A DNA stretch of 63,136 nt, filler included, from Octopus bimaculoides (GCF_001194135.2; 8 parts of 8 records of this genome joined end to end with filler, not necessarily neighbours in it); one strand, 5' to 3'; counted from the first letter of the whole stretch, positions 24,569 to 37,477 are shown. The notes: generated by a model not told the origin, from the letters alone. A program made the numbers and translations.

Positions 24569-24668
24569 CTGAATATCTTCTTTATGATTCGAGTTTCACT
24601 CTCACAGCGATCATCGCCTGATGATCGCTGTGACGTGAAACTCGAGTCATCACGGAAAAAATATTCAG
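24569..24668. repeat. Palindromic hairpin / MITE-like element of about 100 bp
   Basis: CTGAATAT...GATTCGAGTTTCAC.TCACAGCGATCATC, loop GCCT, then GATGATCGCTGTGA.GTGAAACTCGAGTCAT...ATATTCAG. Confidence 0.7.
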
Positions 24669-24759
24669 CTTATTTATGAAATATTCATGCATATGTATGT
24701 ATGTATGTGTGTATATGTGTATGTATGTATGTATTTATGTGAATATAGTGAATGGGGAA

Positions 24760-24935
24760 AGCTTAATCTGCAATGTTTGCAGTCGTGTATGCTTGTCAAG
24801 AGCAGGGCTCATTAGCCATCAGCGGAGCCGCAAATGCAAAATATAAGTTAGTCCTAGAGCGCACAATGTTCCTGAAGGTCGGCAATGGTCTTCCTCGGTC
24901 ACGAGTGGACGGCCATCATCATCATATCATCATGT
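24760..24935 (+). mobile_element. RTE-clade LINE 3' end
   Basis: LICNVCSRVCLSRAGLISHQRSRKCKI* matches the RTE C-terminal CxxC...SRxGLxSH motif. A short 3' UTR ends in (CAT)n. Confidence 0.7.
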
Positions 24936-25377
24936 ATGTATGTATGTATGTATGTATGTACGGACACACCGACAGATGCGCAAGTAATAAAATGCCGAAT
25001 TTTCATATCTTCCCATTATACCAATGCAAAGATAAAATCTCAGTACAAGAACGCCTAAACAAGGAAAACCTGTTCATACAACAGTACAGACCATATCTCA
25101 ATATACAAATTTGACCATTTTAAAAATTATACTTAGGGGCCAGTTGTCCCCCTTGCTACCTGTTGCTTCCCTTGGTTCACTCTCTAGACTCATTCTTCTT
25201 ATTCCTCAAACATCCAAAACGACGAGACCCCTCAATGACCCTTGAAAACTTAATTTAAATAGCGAAAACCGGTTGGATTTCACGACATCCATTTAAAATG
25301 TATACATTTATAAAAAGATATTGAACTATATGAAAAGATGGGATTTCTCTTCCACTTTTTATGTTTTTTTCCACATA

Positions 25378-25557
25378 TAGGTGTAGGAATGGCTGTGTGG
25401 TAAGTAGCTTGCTTACGAACCACATGGTTCCGGGTTCAGTCCCACTGCGTGGCACCTTGGGTGTCTTCTACTATAGCCTCGGGCTGACCAAAGCCTTGTG
25501 AGTGGATTTGGTAGATGATAACTGAAAGAAGCCCGTCGTATATATGTATATGTGTGT
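25378..25557 (+). mobile_element. SINE family A 5' half, cut by a gap
   Basis: Aligns to the head at 10669. Confidence 0.85.
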
Positions 25558-26517
25558 NNNNNNNNNNNNNNNNNNNNNNNNNNNNNNNNNNNNNNNNNNN
25601 NNNNNNNNNNNNNNNNNNNNNNNNNNNNNNNNNNNNNNNNNNNNNNNNNNNNNNNNNNNNNNNNNNNNNNNNNNNNNNNNNNNNNNNNNNNNNNNNNNNN
25701 NNNNNNNNNNNNNNNNNNNNNNNNNNNNNNNNNNNNNNNNNNNNNNNNNNNNNNNNNNNNNNNNNNNNNNNNNNNNNNNNNNNNNNNNNNNNNNNNNNNN
25801 NNNNNNNNNNNNNNNNNNNNNNNNNNNNNNNNNNNNNNNNNNNNNNNNNNNNNNNNNNNNNNNNNNNNNNNNNNNNNNNNNNNNNNNNNNNNNNNNNNNN
25901 NNNNNNNNNNNNNNNNNNNNNNNNNNNNNNNNNNNNNNNNNNNNNNNNNNNNNNNNNNNNNNNNNNNNNNNNNNNNNNNNNNNNNNNNNNNNNNNNNNNN
26001 NNNNNNNNNNNNNNNNNNNNNNNNNNNNNNNNNNNNNNNNNNNNNNNNNNNNNNNNNNNNNNNNNNNNNNNNNNNNNNNNNNNNNNNNNNNNNNNNNNNN
26101 NNNNNNNNNNNNNNNNNNNNNTATATATATTCATAATCACGAGATTTCACAATGACTATTTTTCTCCGCTATATACTAGTTAAATGCACTAAAACTTTAG
26201 TTCTAAATTTAGACACGGACCAGAGAATAGCCTTATACAGATTTCTCTTAATTTCTCCATCGATTTCAATGCTATATTTAACATTACAGCTACAAAGTTT
26301 TTGTTTCTTCATTTTCTTTTGTTTGTTGTTTCTTTACATTTATCGAAATTTATGTAAATACAATAACAAAGCTTATCGATTTTTTTCTTTTTCGGTTTTC
26401 CTTTTCCATATGGCACCAACTTTTTCTATTTAACTAATTTTCCTTTTCTTTACATAAAATTTATTTCATTTCACCAATTTCGTCCATGCCTATGTACTAT
26501 GTACTTCACGTGACAGC

Positions 26518-26750
26518 ATGTGTCATAGTGGTGAGTGTCTGGCACACGCGGTCATAAGATTGTGGTTTCCATTCCTGAAACGGCTGGTACGTTGTGTTTC
26601 ATGAGCAAAACACTTCGTTTCATCTTGCTCCTGTCTGCTTAGCTGGCAAAAATGGGTAGCACTACGATGGACTGGAGTCCCATTCAGGGCAAATGTTGTG
26701 ATGTTGTTCCATGAGAATCAGATGACCGGATCTACGAGTCCTAGGGTTTG
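26518..26750 (+). mobile_element. tRNA-derived SINE (family C/D-like), decayed
   Basis: tRNA-like head followed by GTGTTTCATGAGCAAAACACTT..TTTCATCTTGCTCC. Inverse-related to 28373-28590. Confidence 0.55.
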
Positions 26751-26814
26751 AGACAGTAACGTCTAGGCATTCATCATCATCATGATGATGATGTAGGTAC
26801 TTGAAGCAAGAACT

Positions 26815-27047
26815 TTGTTTCTTATTTCTTTATTGCCCACAAGAGGCTAAACATAGAGGGGACAAACAAGGACATTAAGTCGATTACATCGACCCCCAGT
26901 GCGTAACTGGTACTTAATTTATCGACCCCGAAAGGATGAAAGGCAAAGTCGACCTCGACGAAATTTGAACTCAGAACATAACAGCAGACGAAATACTACT
27001 AAGCATTTCGCCCGGCGTGCTAACGTTTCTGCCAGTTTGCCGCTTTA
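26815..27047 (-). mobile_element. SINE family B, near full length
   Basis: High similarity to 41155-41390. Confidence 0.85.
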
Positions 27048-27113
27048 TAACTTTGTTTCTTTACACACGAACACACACACACACACACACACACACACGT
27101 ATATACATACATA

Positions 27114-27390
27114 CGAGGACGGTCTGAAAAGTAGCTGACTTTAAGGATATCGCGAAAAGAGTTGAGCTTTTACCCTTCCATGGGGAGTCAGGAGAACTAT
27201 TGAGATGACAAGCAAAAAATCATAAGGAAATACAAAATACTTTTCTCTTTTTTCATATTTAACACATGATGGCAGATCTTACGGTGGATTTTAGTAAGAC
27301 TGAAGCAGGGGTGGTCATGAAGTACCTCTTTTTGCAAGGCAAAGGAGCGGTGGAAATCCATGGCAAGATGAAGTAACTCTTGAAGGATGG
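27114..27390 (+). mobile_element. mariner transposon 5' fragment
   Basis: TA followed by TIR CGAGGACGGTCTGAAAAGT. Downstream translation FSKTEAGVVMKYLFLQGKGAVEIHGKMK*LLKDGCP resembles the mariner N-terminal HTH. Confidence 0.7.
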
Positions 27391-27616
27391 CTGCCCAGGA
27401 GGGATTGTATTTATATATGTATGCATTTATGTATGTAGGCGTGTATGTATGCATGTATGCATGCATGTATGTATGTATGTATGTATGTATGTGTATGTAT
27501 ATATGTATGTATGTGTGTGTTTATGTACGTATGTATGTATGTGTGTGCGTATGTGTGTGTTTATGTATGTATGCATGCATGCATGTATATATGTATGTAT
27601 GAATGAATGTATGTAT

Positions 27617-28008
27617 GTGTAGGCGCAGGCGTGGCTTTGTGGTAAGAAGTTTGCTTCTTAATCGCATGATTCCAGGATCAGTCCCACCGCGTGGCACCTC
27701 GGGCAAGTGTCTTTTGCTATAATCTCGGGTCGATCAGAGTCTTGTGAATGCATTTGCTAGAAGGAAATTGAAAGAAGCCTGTCGATCTATCTATCTGCGT
27801 GTGTGTGTGTGTATACCTTTGTGCTAGTGTTTGTTCTCCACTACTGCTTGATAACCTGTGTTGATGTGTTTACATCTCCGTAACTTAGCGGTTCGGAAAA
27901 AGGGACGATAGAATAAGTACCAGACTTTAAAAAGGTTAGCAGTGGGTCACTTCATTCGATTAAAAGCTCTTCATGGTGGTGCCCCAGCATGGCCGCAGAC
28001 TAATGACA
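27617..28008 (+). mobile_element. SINE family A, full length, decayed
   Basis: Head, body and tail all align to 10669-11062. Confidence 0.85.
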
Positions 28009-28287
28009 TATAGATGTCTGACTATCATTTCATCTCATGATCAGCCTTGTACTTTATAAAACAATCAGGTTGAACGTGAGACGGCTATCATCTGATGAGG
28101 CAATCATCATGTCTGTATTCAAAGTGAAATACGGTGGGATAAAATAAACACTTCGAAAAGAAAAATGCATCGCGGGGTTCAATTCCAACTGAAATATGTT
28201 CCTTAACATCCGTGTCAAATTTACAGTTTCTATCTGCAAAATAAAAACAAAAAAAAAGATACAGGTCTTTTCCGAGTTATGTCCTTC

Positions 28288-28590
28288 TTTGGTCGGCCCG
28301 AGACTATCGCAAAAGACACTTGCCCAAGGTACACGCAGTGGGGCTGAGTCTAGAACCATATGCTTGCGAAGATATAGGTCCTGCCCGACTCCTAGGGCCG
28401 GTTTTCTGGTTTCCAAGGTGTATATATTCCCCACGTGGACTGGACGCCAGTTCGTCGCTTCTTAGTGGACTGGAGCAACAAGAAGTGTTCTGTTCAAGAA
28501 CACAACGCGTCGCCCGGTCAAGGAATCGAAGCCACAATCTTACGATCATCAGCTCAACACCCCTTAATCACTAAGCCACGCGCATCCGCC
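28288..28590 (-). mobile_element. Adjacent SINE fragments (family A head and family C/D)
   Basis: Reverse complements of the CACCTTGGGCAAGTGTC and TTGCTCCAGTCCAC blocks and a tRNA-like head. Confidence 0.65.
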
Positions 28591-28659
28591 TACCTGTAAG
28601 ACTAATAAAATAAGTACCAGATAAAACACCAGGCTTAGTATATCACAGTTGTTGTTGTT

Positions 28660-28970
28660 GTTGTTGTTGGCACTCCGTCGCTTACGACGTCGAGGGTTCC
28701 AGTTGATCCGATCAACGGAACAGCCTGCTCGTGAAATTAATGTGCAAGTGGCTGAGTACTCCACAGACACGTTTACCCTTAACGTAGTTCTCGGGGATAT
28801 TCAGCGTGACACAGAGTGTGACAAGGCTGGCCCTTTGAATTACAGGCACAACAGAAACAGGAAGAAAGAGTGAGAGAAAGTTGGGGTGAAGGAGTACAGC
28901 AGGGTTCGCCACCATCCCCTGCCGGAGCCTCGTGGAGCTTTAGGTGTTTTCGCTCAATAAACACTCACAA
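28660..28970 (-). mobile_element. SINE with conserved body (second copy 55685-55980)
   Basis: Shared ACGGAACAGCCTGCTC.TGAAATTAA.GTGCAAGTGG.TGAG.ACTCC...TACCCTTAACGTAGT block. Confidence 0.75.
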
Positions 28971-29091
28971 CNNNNNNNNNNNNNNNNNNNNNNNNNNNNN
29001 NNNNNNNNNNNNNNNTTAATTAATTAANNNNNNNNNNNNNNNNNNNNNNNNNNNNNNNNNNNNNNNNNNNNTATACATACATACGACGGGC

Positions 29092-29246
29092 TTCTTTCAG
29101 TTTCCGTCTACCAAATCCACTCACAAGGCTTTGGTCAGCCCGAGGCTATAGTAGAAGACACTTGCCCAAGATGCCACGCAGTGGGACTGAACCCGGGACC
29201 ATGTGGTTGGTAAGCAAGCTACTTACCACACAGCCACTCCTATGCA
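29092..29246 (-). mobile_element. SINE family A 5' half
   Basis: Reverse complement of the head at 25378. Confidence 0.85.
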
Positions 29247-30176
29247 CATATATGTGTATATACATGTAAACATGGTTACATATGCACACGTGCAAATATG
29301 AACAGAGAGACAAAACGCGATTTGAGAGAGAGAGAAAGTGAATCACTATATGCACAAATGTAATATCATATTTATCTCATATTCATATGTTTTCGTGTTT
29401 ATAGTTCGTGTTTGTATACGCGTGTGCATACGTGATAAATGCTGTTTATTTGGAAACAAGAACTCTAAGATTGAAAAATAACACCTAACTCACGAACGGG
29501 AATGAATCTAGATATCTCCCACTCTCTTGCTGTGAATAATATTGTTTATATTGAAATATCAGCGTATTTTTCCTTGTTGTTTTGTATATTTGTTTATATC
29601 AAAATATTAACTCCGTTTCCGTATTGTTTCTATTAAAATTACACTTGACGATCTTTTTGTTGTTATATGTAGAATTATTCGGAATATTGTTTGATGGAGT
29701 TTCGTAATAGGGGTGATATCTTTACCAAAGTCCCACAGAGTTATTGAAATCTTGCGGTAATTGTGTTGACATAGGTTGGTGACGTGTTCGCTCATGACAG
29801 CGAACTTGTAGAATTGCTATTTTTGTTCTTCTCCCTGTTGACGACCTTGCACTTGTATCTGCCATATTTGTTTATACTGTTTCTTTGCTTGTTTGTATGT
29901 ATATATCTTGTTTGTATGTATCTTTAAACAGCGAAAGATTCGTTCTTAAAGGCGCGAATAATACAGAAATTCGTGTATCCTACAATCCAATAATGTCTTT
30001 CAGAGCCCAATGTGTTAACACATCGTCTAGGAACAGAATTTCTCACCGGGAATATTCACGCATCGAGAGGTCTTCACACCTCCGCGTGTAAAATAACATT
30101 TCAAATAACTCTACAAATAACTCTACAAGAATATATTTTATTGTACACTGCTGGGGGTGACTTCATCTATCTATCC

Positions 30177-30239
<63 letters not shown>

Positions 30240-30270
30240 CGTCTGTCTGTCTGTCTGACTGACTGACTGA

Positions 30271-30334
<64 letters not shown>

Positions 30335-31901
30335 TTATCAAGATACCCTAAATAGATGGTAGCTGAGAGACCATGTAGTTGAAAAATCTATCTATCTGTC
30401 TGTTTATCTGTCTGTTTGTCTGTCTGCCTGTCTGTCTTCTTGTCTGACTCTCTACCTGTCTACCTGTCTGTCTATCTGTCTGTCAGTCTCACTGCGTTTC
30501 TATCTATCTATCTATACATGTATGTATTTATATATGTATGTGTGTATGTATGTATGTATTCATGCATGTAAGCACTTGTGTGTATGTACGTTTGTATGTA
30601 TGCACGTAGTATGCATTTATATATGAACGTATGTATAAATATATGTCTGTGCCTGTGTACATATACATCAGCCAATCTATGGAATGATATAATGCATAGT
30701 GTTATGTATTGAACAACAATGCATAGTGTTATGTATTGAATGGATGCAGACGTAGATTAAAGCGAAGAAAAGAGAAAGAGATAGCGGAGGTTGTCTATTG
30801 TTGATAAAGAGCATTATTGAAAAGCCGATGGGTAAACATTAATACAATTTAATAAAGTCTAAACTTTGCGATGCATGCTTTTGGGAAATAAGGATTTTTC
30901 CACTTACGTTAACCTTTTACATAATAAGATTCACATGTAATATGTAATTATGTATGTACATATATGCGTGTGTATGTGCGCGCCTGTGTGTGTGAATGTG
31001 TCTGTTAGTGTGTGTGCGTGTATAAGCCCATGCTTATCCATTCTCAAAACACTCTGGCACAGTGGGACATGAATATGGCATTCAACTTTGGGTTTTGAAA
31101 GTAATCTAAGATATACACACACACGCATAGGTATGTATGTATATATNNNNNNNNNNNNNNNNNNNNNNNNNNNNNNNNNNNNNNNNNNNNNNNNNNNNNN
31201 NNNNNNNNNNNNNNNNNNNNNNNNNNNNNNNNNNNNNNNNNNNNNNNNNNNNNNNNNNNNNNNNNNNNNNNNNNNNNNNNNNNNNNNNNNNNNNNNNNNN
31301 NNNNNNNNNNNNNNNNNNNNNNNNNNNNNNNNNNNNNNNNNNNNNNNNNNNNNNNNNNNNNNNNNNNNNNNNNNNNNNNNNNNNNNNNNNNNNNNNNNTA
31401 TATATATATATATATATTTAGATGAATGTAACATTATATATATGTTACATTCATATGTATGTATAGATGCATGTTTGTAAATATATGTGTGTGCGTGCGC
31501 ATGCGCGTGTGTATGCGTGCGAATGCGTTTTATTATATATTCTACATAGCAAAATACTCTAATAATGTCAGATTTAAGTAACGGGCTATATTGGAAAATA
31601 AACATTCGTTGGACCTAAGTGGTAGGTTATTTCCTGTCAGACCTGTCGAAATTATAACACCGCGTTGTGTACAGCTATCCTCTACACTGCTGTATTATAT
31701 TAAATGCTGTATGGCACAAAAGTGGTTCGACTGCATTTTACTAGTAAACTATTTGCTCTTTATTACATGAAGTAAAGGTTACTTGGACAAATTTAGACTG
31801 TGCTCTCATTGACATTGTTCCTGTGATATTTCATATGGTACAGATATCTGTATTGAAATCTCGTCAGTTTTTCATAATTGTGTCTATTTCTTCAGGTGTT
31901 G

Positions 31902-31963
<62 letters not shown>

Positions 31964-32063
31964 NNNNNNNNNNNNNNNNNNNNNNNNNNNNNNNNNNNNN
32001 NNNNNNNTTAATTAATTAANNNNNNNNNNNNNNNNNNNNNNNNNNNNNNNNNNNNNNNNNNNN

Positions 32064-32405
32064 TTTCGGCAGACCAAGCCATTTCCTGATAAACACACTG
32101 CATCTTTGTTCTATCCTTTCTACTCTACTCAAGGCTATTTCGTACATTTGCAATGGCCACATTATCCTTGGGTACAGTCCAAATTGCAGTATCCAACATT
32201 TGAATTTTCCCGGCAGTGTTGTTCTGTCAATTGCCTTCAATCCTTGTTCTACTAACTCGTGTGTCTCTTTCCCTTGCTTCTTATCATTTAATAAATCTCT
32301 ATACCATCTGCCGAGACTCTTTACTGGTTGTTCTTTCACCGTTGGTATGTCTTCACCTCCTATCCTGAATTTCACTTCTTCTTGCACTCCTTTCACGAAA
32401 GCCAC
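32064..32405 (-). mobile_element. Non-LTR RT fragment, HERO/R2-group-like
   Basis: PVKSLGRWY...LPGKFKCWILQFGLYPRIMWPLQMYEI...RKWLGLP (ORF 32016-32417). This motif order is typical of the post-YADD region of HERO-type RLE elements. Confidence 0.7.
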
Positions 32406-32569
32406 AAACACAAGCATATATATATATTTCCTTTATTATATCGCATAGTGCCTGTGTGTTTGTATTAATTTTTAGTATACGCACAAATAAATTTTTATGG
32501 TAACATTTTATAGTAAATACATATATGTTGTCAAGGTGAACTAGCCGATTATGTGCTGTTGCAGCTGTC

Positions 32570-32612
32570 TTCACTGACGATGTCTACAGTCATTGACGAA
32601 ACTAAATCGTGG
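32570..32612 (+). ncRNA. Decayed hammerhead motif
   Basis: CUGACGA U GUC-UACAGUCAUU-GAC GAAAC UAAAUC. Core and stem II are intact; stems I and III are imperfect. Confidence 0.45.
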
Positions 32613-33568
32613 CTGAATAACCGTCGAAGTGGCCAGGAGTGGTTACTTCTCCTGTCAGCATGTATGTATACTCTATGCGCTCTTAGAGTATTAAGAATAT
32701 TTTAACTCTTATATCTAGCAATGTGGGCACTCTGGCATCCTAAGTCACACTTTTGCGCCTTGCTGCTTATATATATGTGTCTGTGTGTGTAAGTATACAC
32801 GACTACATATTTTATATATGTATTTACATATAAATGTTATAAAGTCACTATATACAACGACTACACCGTCCTCTGCACACAGACACAGAGACACGGACAC
32901 ACACACATATATATGCAGATATGTATGAAAATATATTCATACATATACACATTAATAATGTTTACATATTGACATTCATACATGCATTTATGCACATACT
33001 TATATGCGAAATCTCTCAGTATGGACGATCGATGAGAATTACCAGTACCTTACAAGTATTACATGACGGATTACTCGCATTACTTGTCTATATTTTTGTA
33101 TTTTCTTTTCTGTATTTACATTTTTGTATCTGCCTCTCTTACTATATTTGCTTTCTCTGCTGCGTTGGTCAAACCAGAGATCTGAACTGAAGTATAGATG
33201 AATGAATTGCATTGCTAACACATTGAAAATCTTCAGATTTTGTATTTACTTTTGTACTTGCGTATCCGTGTGCGCTGATGAATTACAAGTAGTTTGCTGA
33301 GATTGGACATCCTAGAATCCTCCGCCATATATGGTAAACTGAAACTGTTGCTATAATCCTTTGTTTTACATTGCTCGAATACAACCTCTCAACAGTAAAC
33401 AGTGAAAGCGCTGAACGTGCAAATTTCACCACAATTTCTGTACTTCTGTTTGCCTTTCTTATTTTCTTGTGTTTTTTTTTCTGTTATGTACACTGGGATT
33501 TTTATTGAGTCTCGTTTGTATTGTGTCTCATACTTTTGCATTTCTCTACTTGTTTGTATTTTATTCAT

Positions 33569-33599
33569 GGTAAACATCTTTCGTACTCTCATCAGTAAC
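33569..33599 (-). ncRNA. Decayed minimal hammerhead motif
   Basis: GUUA CUGAUGA G-AGUA-C GAAAG AU GUU UACC. Needs two reversions to fold fully. Confidence 0.3.
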
Positions 33600-34679
33600 T
33601 ACTCTTGTATAAAGCGCGCTAGAATGTAGACGGTGTGAACTGTAAAAAAATAATTTACAGCATTCCTCCAGTAAATTTGTTCAAAGCTGGGTGAATGTTA
33701 TGATGAGGGCCAAAGGTTTGCGCCTGCATGATGGAAGTAGTGAATAGTGGTACCATTGGCGGTGTGGGTTCCACAGTTACATCTACTTTGTAGTTTCCTC
33801 AATCGGTGAATATTGTTATTATATATTTTGTTAATTGACATTGTTTAATTTTTTTCTCATGTATATGTAATTTCTCACTCACCTATGTCTTTGCATTGTA
33901 CAGATATATTTTTTCAACCTTGTGGCTGATAAAGAACTTATTATTACTTTCTCCCGTAATGTAGATGGAAAACGCTCTAGAATATTTAGTCATCTTTCAA
34001 TTCGCAAGGAGGTCAAACAAGTAGTACTTTCCTTAAAATGTGCAGTACCTAGCAAAAATGATACTTGTATGATACCATGATATTGCCAATCGCTTTAAGA
34101 AGTCTTTAAGTTTTAAATGGGCTTGACCCTAAAGCGCCGTCTCAACTGTTATCATTTCCACATTACCTTTCGCATTCAAAATAATCTTGCTATCTTCACT
34201 TTTAATTCGAATTATTTGGTGATTTTTTCAACGTCGTTACTCGCAATATTCATGATATTTGGTATAAGTACGCCCATGATCTGATAATATTTCTCTTTCT
34301 TGTTCAAAACGACAATCTCCAGGCGTTATGGACACGTCTATAATCTAACAGTATTTGTCTTTCTTGTTCAATACGACAATGTTAGGTCGGCGTTACTCAA
34401 TTACTCTATCTCTCTGAAAATCTTAATCCCAGAATACAGTTACTTTCTCATTCTTTTACAGTACTTTACTAAGCACACTCTCTTACCAATTCGCTCCAGT
34501 TTCGCACCGATATTGACGACACAAAATTCAATGAGGATAAATGCAGTCTTTATCATTGCTGAACTGGTATTCGTTTTGCCCAAGGCTTTCACATCTACTT
34601 ACCAAGTGATTTGCATTTTTCATTGCAATTCTAGGAGTCAGAAGCTTTGTTCATATACAAAATCAAGTATCTAGTTTAA

Positions 34680-34722
<43 letters not shown>

Positions 34723-34742
34723 TGTTAGTATTATTATCATCA

Positions 34743-35510
34743 TTGCCTTTGCACAACTTCTAACGCTGGAGATGTATTACGGTGTCAGCTGTTCACTACC
34801 AGTGAACTAATGTAACACCTCTTATTTTTCGAGCACCTTCCGGAGTATTCGAGCGATTCCAAGCATTGCTGTTTTCTGCAAGTGTTCCACCCTTATTGCA
34901 GCCCTTATTTGTTCCACGTACTTCTCGAGATTTTTGCTCACTGTTAACAGGGCTCCAACAATTATTGGTACTACTGCTACCTTTTCATCGACCACAACTG
35001 CTTAACTTCCCAAGCTAACCTGTCATATCTCTCAACTTTTCTTTCTTACATGTCACATACTTTATTGTCAGCTGGGCATGCTATATCTATGATCTAGCAT
35101 AGTTTGTTTTCTTTCTCAATTAAGACTATATCTGGCCTCCTATTCTCTATCTCATGTTCGCACTGAATCATAAACTCCCATAGGATCTGTGCATGATACC
35201 TTCGTGTTTGTGCTCGTACAAATTGTTTGCTCTGTCAAGTCCATACTTGTTGCAAAGTGTCCAATGCACAAGCCTGACTATATTGTGATGGCTTCTCTTA
35301 TATTCCTTCTGGGCTAGTGGCGTACATTTGTTGGTTATATGCCATACCGTTTCACAATTTTGTCCACAGATTCTGCACTTATCACTTTCTGATGTGTTGT
35401 CTATTCTGTATTTTATGCAGTTTGCTCTCAGTGCTTGCTCTTGGGCAACACAAATTAGAGTTTCCGTTCCCGGTTTTAAATCACTTTTAATCATCCACAG
35501 TGCAACTTAA
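34743..35510 (-). mobile_element. R4/Dong-like LINE 3' portion (family D), ending in (TAA)n at 34680-34740
   Basis: ORF 35168-35494 (AQEQALRANCIK...DKCRICG...ETVWHI..C) plus an RLE C-terminus. The 3' UTR is nearly identical to 44310-44388. Confidence 0.9.
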
Positions 35511-36670
35511 GACAATCTTTTGCACTTCCTGCATGGATGGTAAGCCAAAGATCATTCTTAAATTATTTTCATTTCGTTTTTTGAGCATTCCAAGTGCTCC
35601 CACAATTACTGTTATTGTAACCGTCTTGAGATGCCACTTTTTTCGGTTTCTTTATATTTTCTGAGCTTATCAAATTCTTTTGCCGAGATATTATGGTCAC
35701 AGGCTATGCTCATGTCAATCAATAAACACAATTTATTGCTTTTGTCTTTTACAACAATATCTGGTTTATTTGCCTTGTTTGTCCGGTCTGTACATACAGG
35801 GTAGTCCCAAAGAATAGTTACATTTTCTCCCTCACTTACAGCCTCGGGGTAGTGTTTGTACCATTTGTCAGCAATTTTGATTTTATAATGCCGAAACATT
35901 ATCCGCTGTAGATATTGGTCAACTCTGTCATACCTTAATTTGTACTCTACAGGTGCTAAAACCTTACATCCAGAGGTTAGGTGGTCGACTGTTTCTGTCC
36001 CATCGTTGCAGTATCGACACTTTGGGTCTACACTATTTTTCATTACATTGGCTTGCTAGTTCCGGCACAATAAGCTCTGATCTTGGGCAGCCAAGATAAA
36101 TCCTTCACTCTCTACTAGGTAGGTAAAGGCAATTTGCGTCTCCCTTTGGGTGGTGCATGTTATTGCAAGTCAGCAGCTTCTGGATTTTCCAGTCAATCTA
36201 TCTTATTTCGCTCATATTCCAGTTCAACACATTGAAACTGTAAATAATAGCAGGAACTGCTAAGAAATTTATAGCTACCATCTTGTTACGTGCATTTAAC
36301 TGTCGGATTTTATGACTGCTCGAACTCTCCTGTAACATTCCTTCCTGATCTTCTGTTTCATATTTGCATGTTGAATGCCAGAGTCCTCATTTATTCCGAG
36401 GCATTTGTAAGTTTGTTCCTGCTCGAGTTCTTTTATGATTGTATCAACATCCAACACCACTGAATGTGAGGTCTTCAGTTTCCATTTCTGGAAAATAGCC
36501 TTGTCACATTTATCAAGACCAAATTTCATCCCAATGTCATCAGTGAATGCTTTCACATTACATAGTAGTCTTCAAGCTCATTATCGTCTTTGTCATAGTG
36601 TTTTAAGTCATTCACGTAAAACAGATGACTATTTTCATGTCGCCAATTTTATATCCATGACATTTTTCTA
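35511..36670 (-). mobile_element. R4/Dong-like LINE fragment (family C), RT-CCHC-RLE
   Basis: FTDDIGMKFGLDKC...YKCLG, and KCRYC...ETVDHLTSGC...ILWDYPVCTDRTNKANKPDIVVKDK...LIDMS...KEFDKLRKY (PD-(D/E)xK endonuclease). Confidence 0.9.
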
Positions 36671-36687
36671 TTGAGTTCACTTGTAAG

Positions 36688-36776
36688 GGGTATTAGACCT
36701 GTGAAGAAAATTAAAGGTGAAAGTGGTAATTTGTACTGTATGCTCACGAACCAATATGAACATTTTTTTCCTTATG
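36688..36776 (+). other. Candidate exon
   Basis: Open frame GIRPVKKIKGESGNLYCMLTNQYEHFFPY ends at a consensus donor G/GTAAGT. The acceptor (TGTAAG) is weak and no homology is recognised. Confidence 0.2.
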
Positions 36777-37477
36777 GTAAGTGGTAGTGTAGAAATTGTA
36801 AAGCATACAGTCGGATGTCTTATGATACTTACTTACATCCTTTACGTTTTAATATCAAGGTTTTACATGCATCAACTTTGTATTTTATCTACCTGTATCG
36901 ATAGCTATTTGTTCGTATATGAAATATGTATCAAACTTATAGTTGTATCGACTACATTCATCTCTACAAGTTTGTGGTTGACTTCCTTCAGGGTTATAAA
37001 TTATTATAATAATTCATTTTGTTGTGCTATTTTGAAATGTTCAGTCCAGATTAAGTTTTTCCGGAGCATTACGTCTTTTTTAATATTGATATAATATTAA
37101 ATCGAAGATTGAATTATATTTTCTGTTTAGCATGACTGTATATCACAATCTAAGAGTGATTTGGCATGACTGTATGTCACAATCTAAGCGTGATTTGGCT
37201 CCTCAATTTAGGAATGTGAGAGGGTATTTAAAAATCAGTCTTTTAGATTAAAAAAATCTAAAATGGGAAGGTTGTAGTAAAAAAAAGCAAAGAATTTGAC
37301 TGAATGTAGTCCAGCTTTACACACATTTAAGATGTGCTTTCAACTGGTATCTATGTCCATAAAAAATTATTTTAATGTGGTTTGTATATCTGGATTAGTT
37401 CATATGCCACTGAGTGACAATAACTTTATCCAAAGCCCTTTACCAAACAATTAATTAAAAACAAATAAGCAATAGAT

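Noticed and set aside
24618-24650. CTGATGA...GAAACTCGAGTC hammerhead-like string inside the 100-bp palindrome
   Set aside because: Stems I and II do not pair, and the palindrome would out-compete the ribozyme fold.
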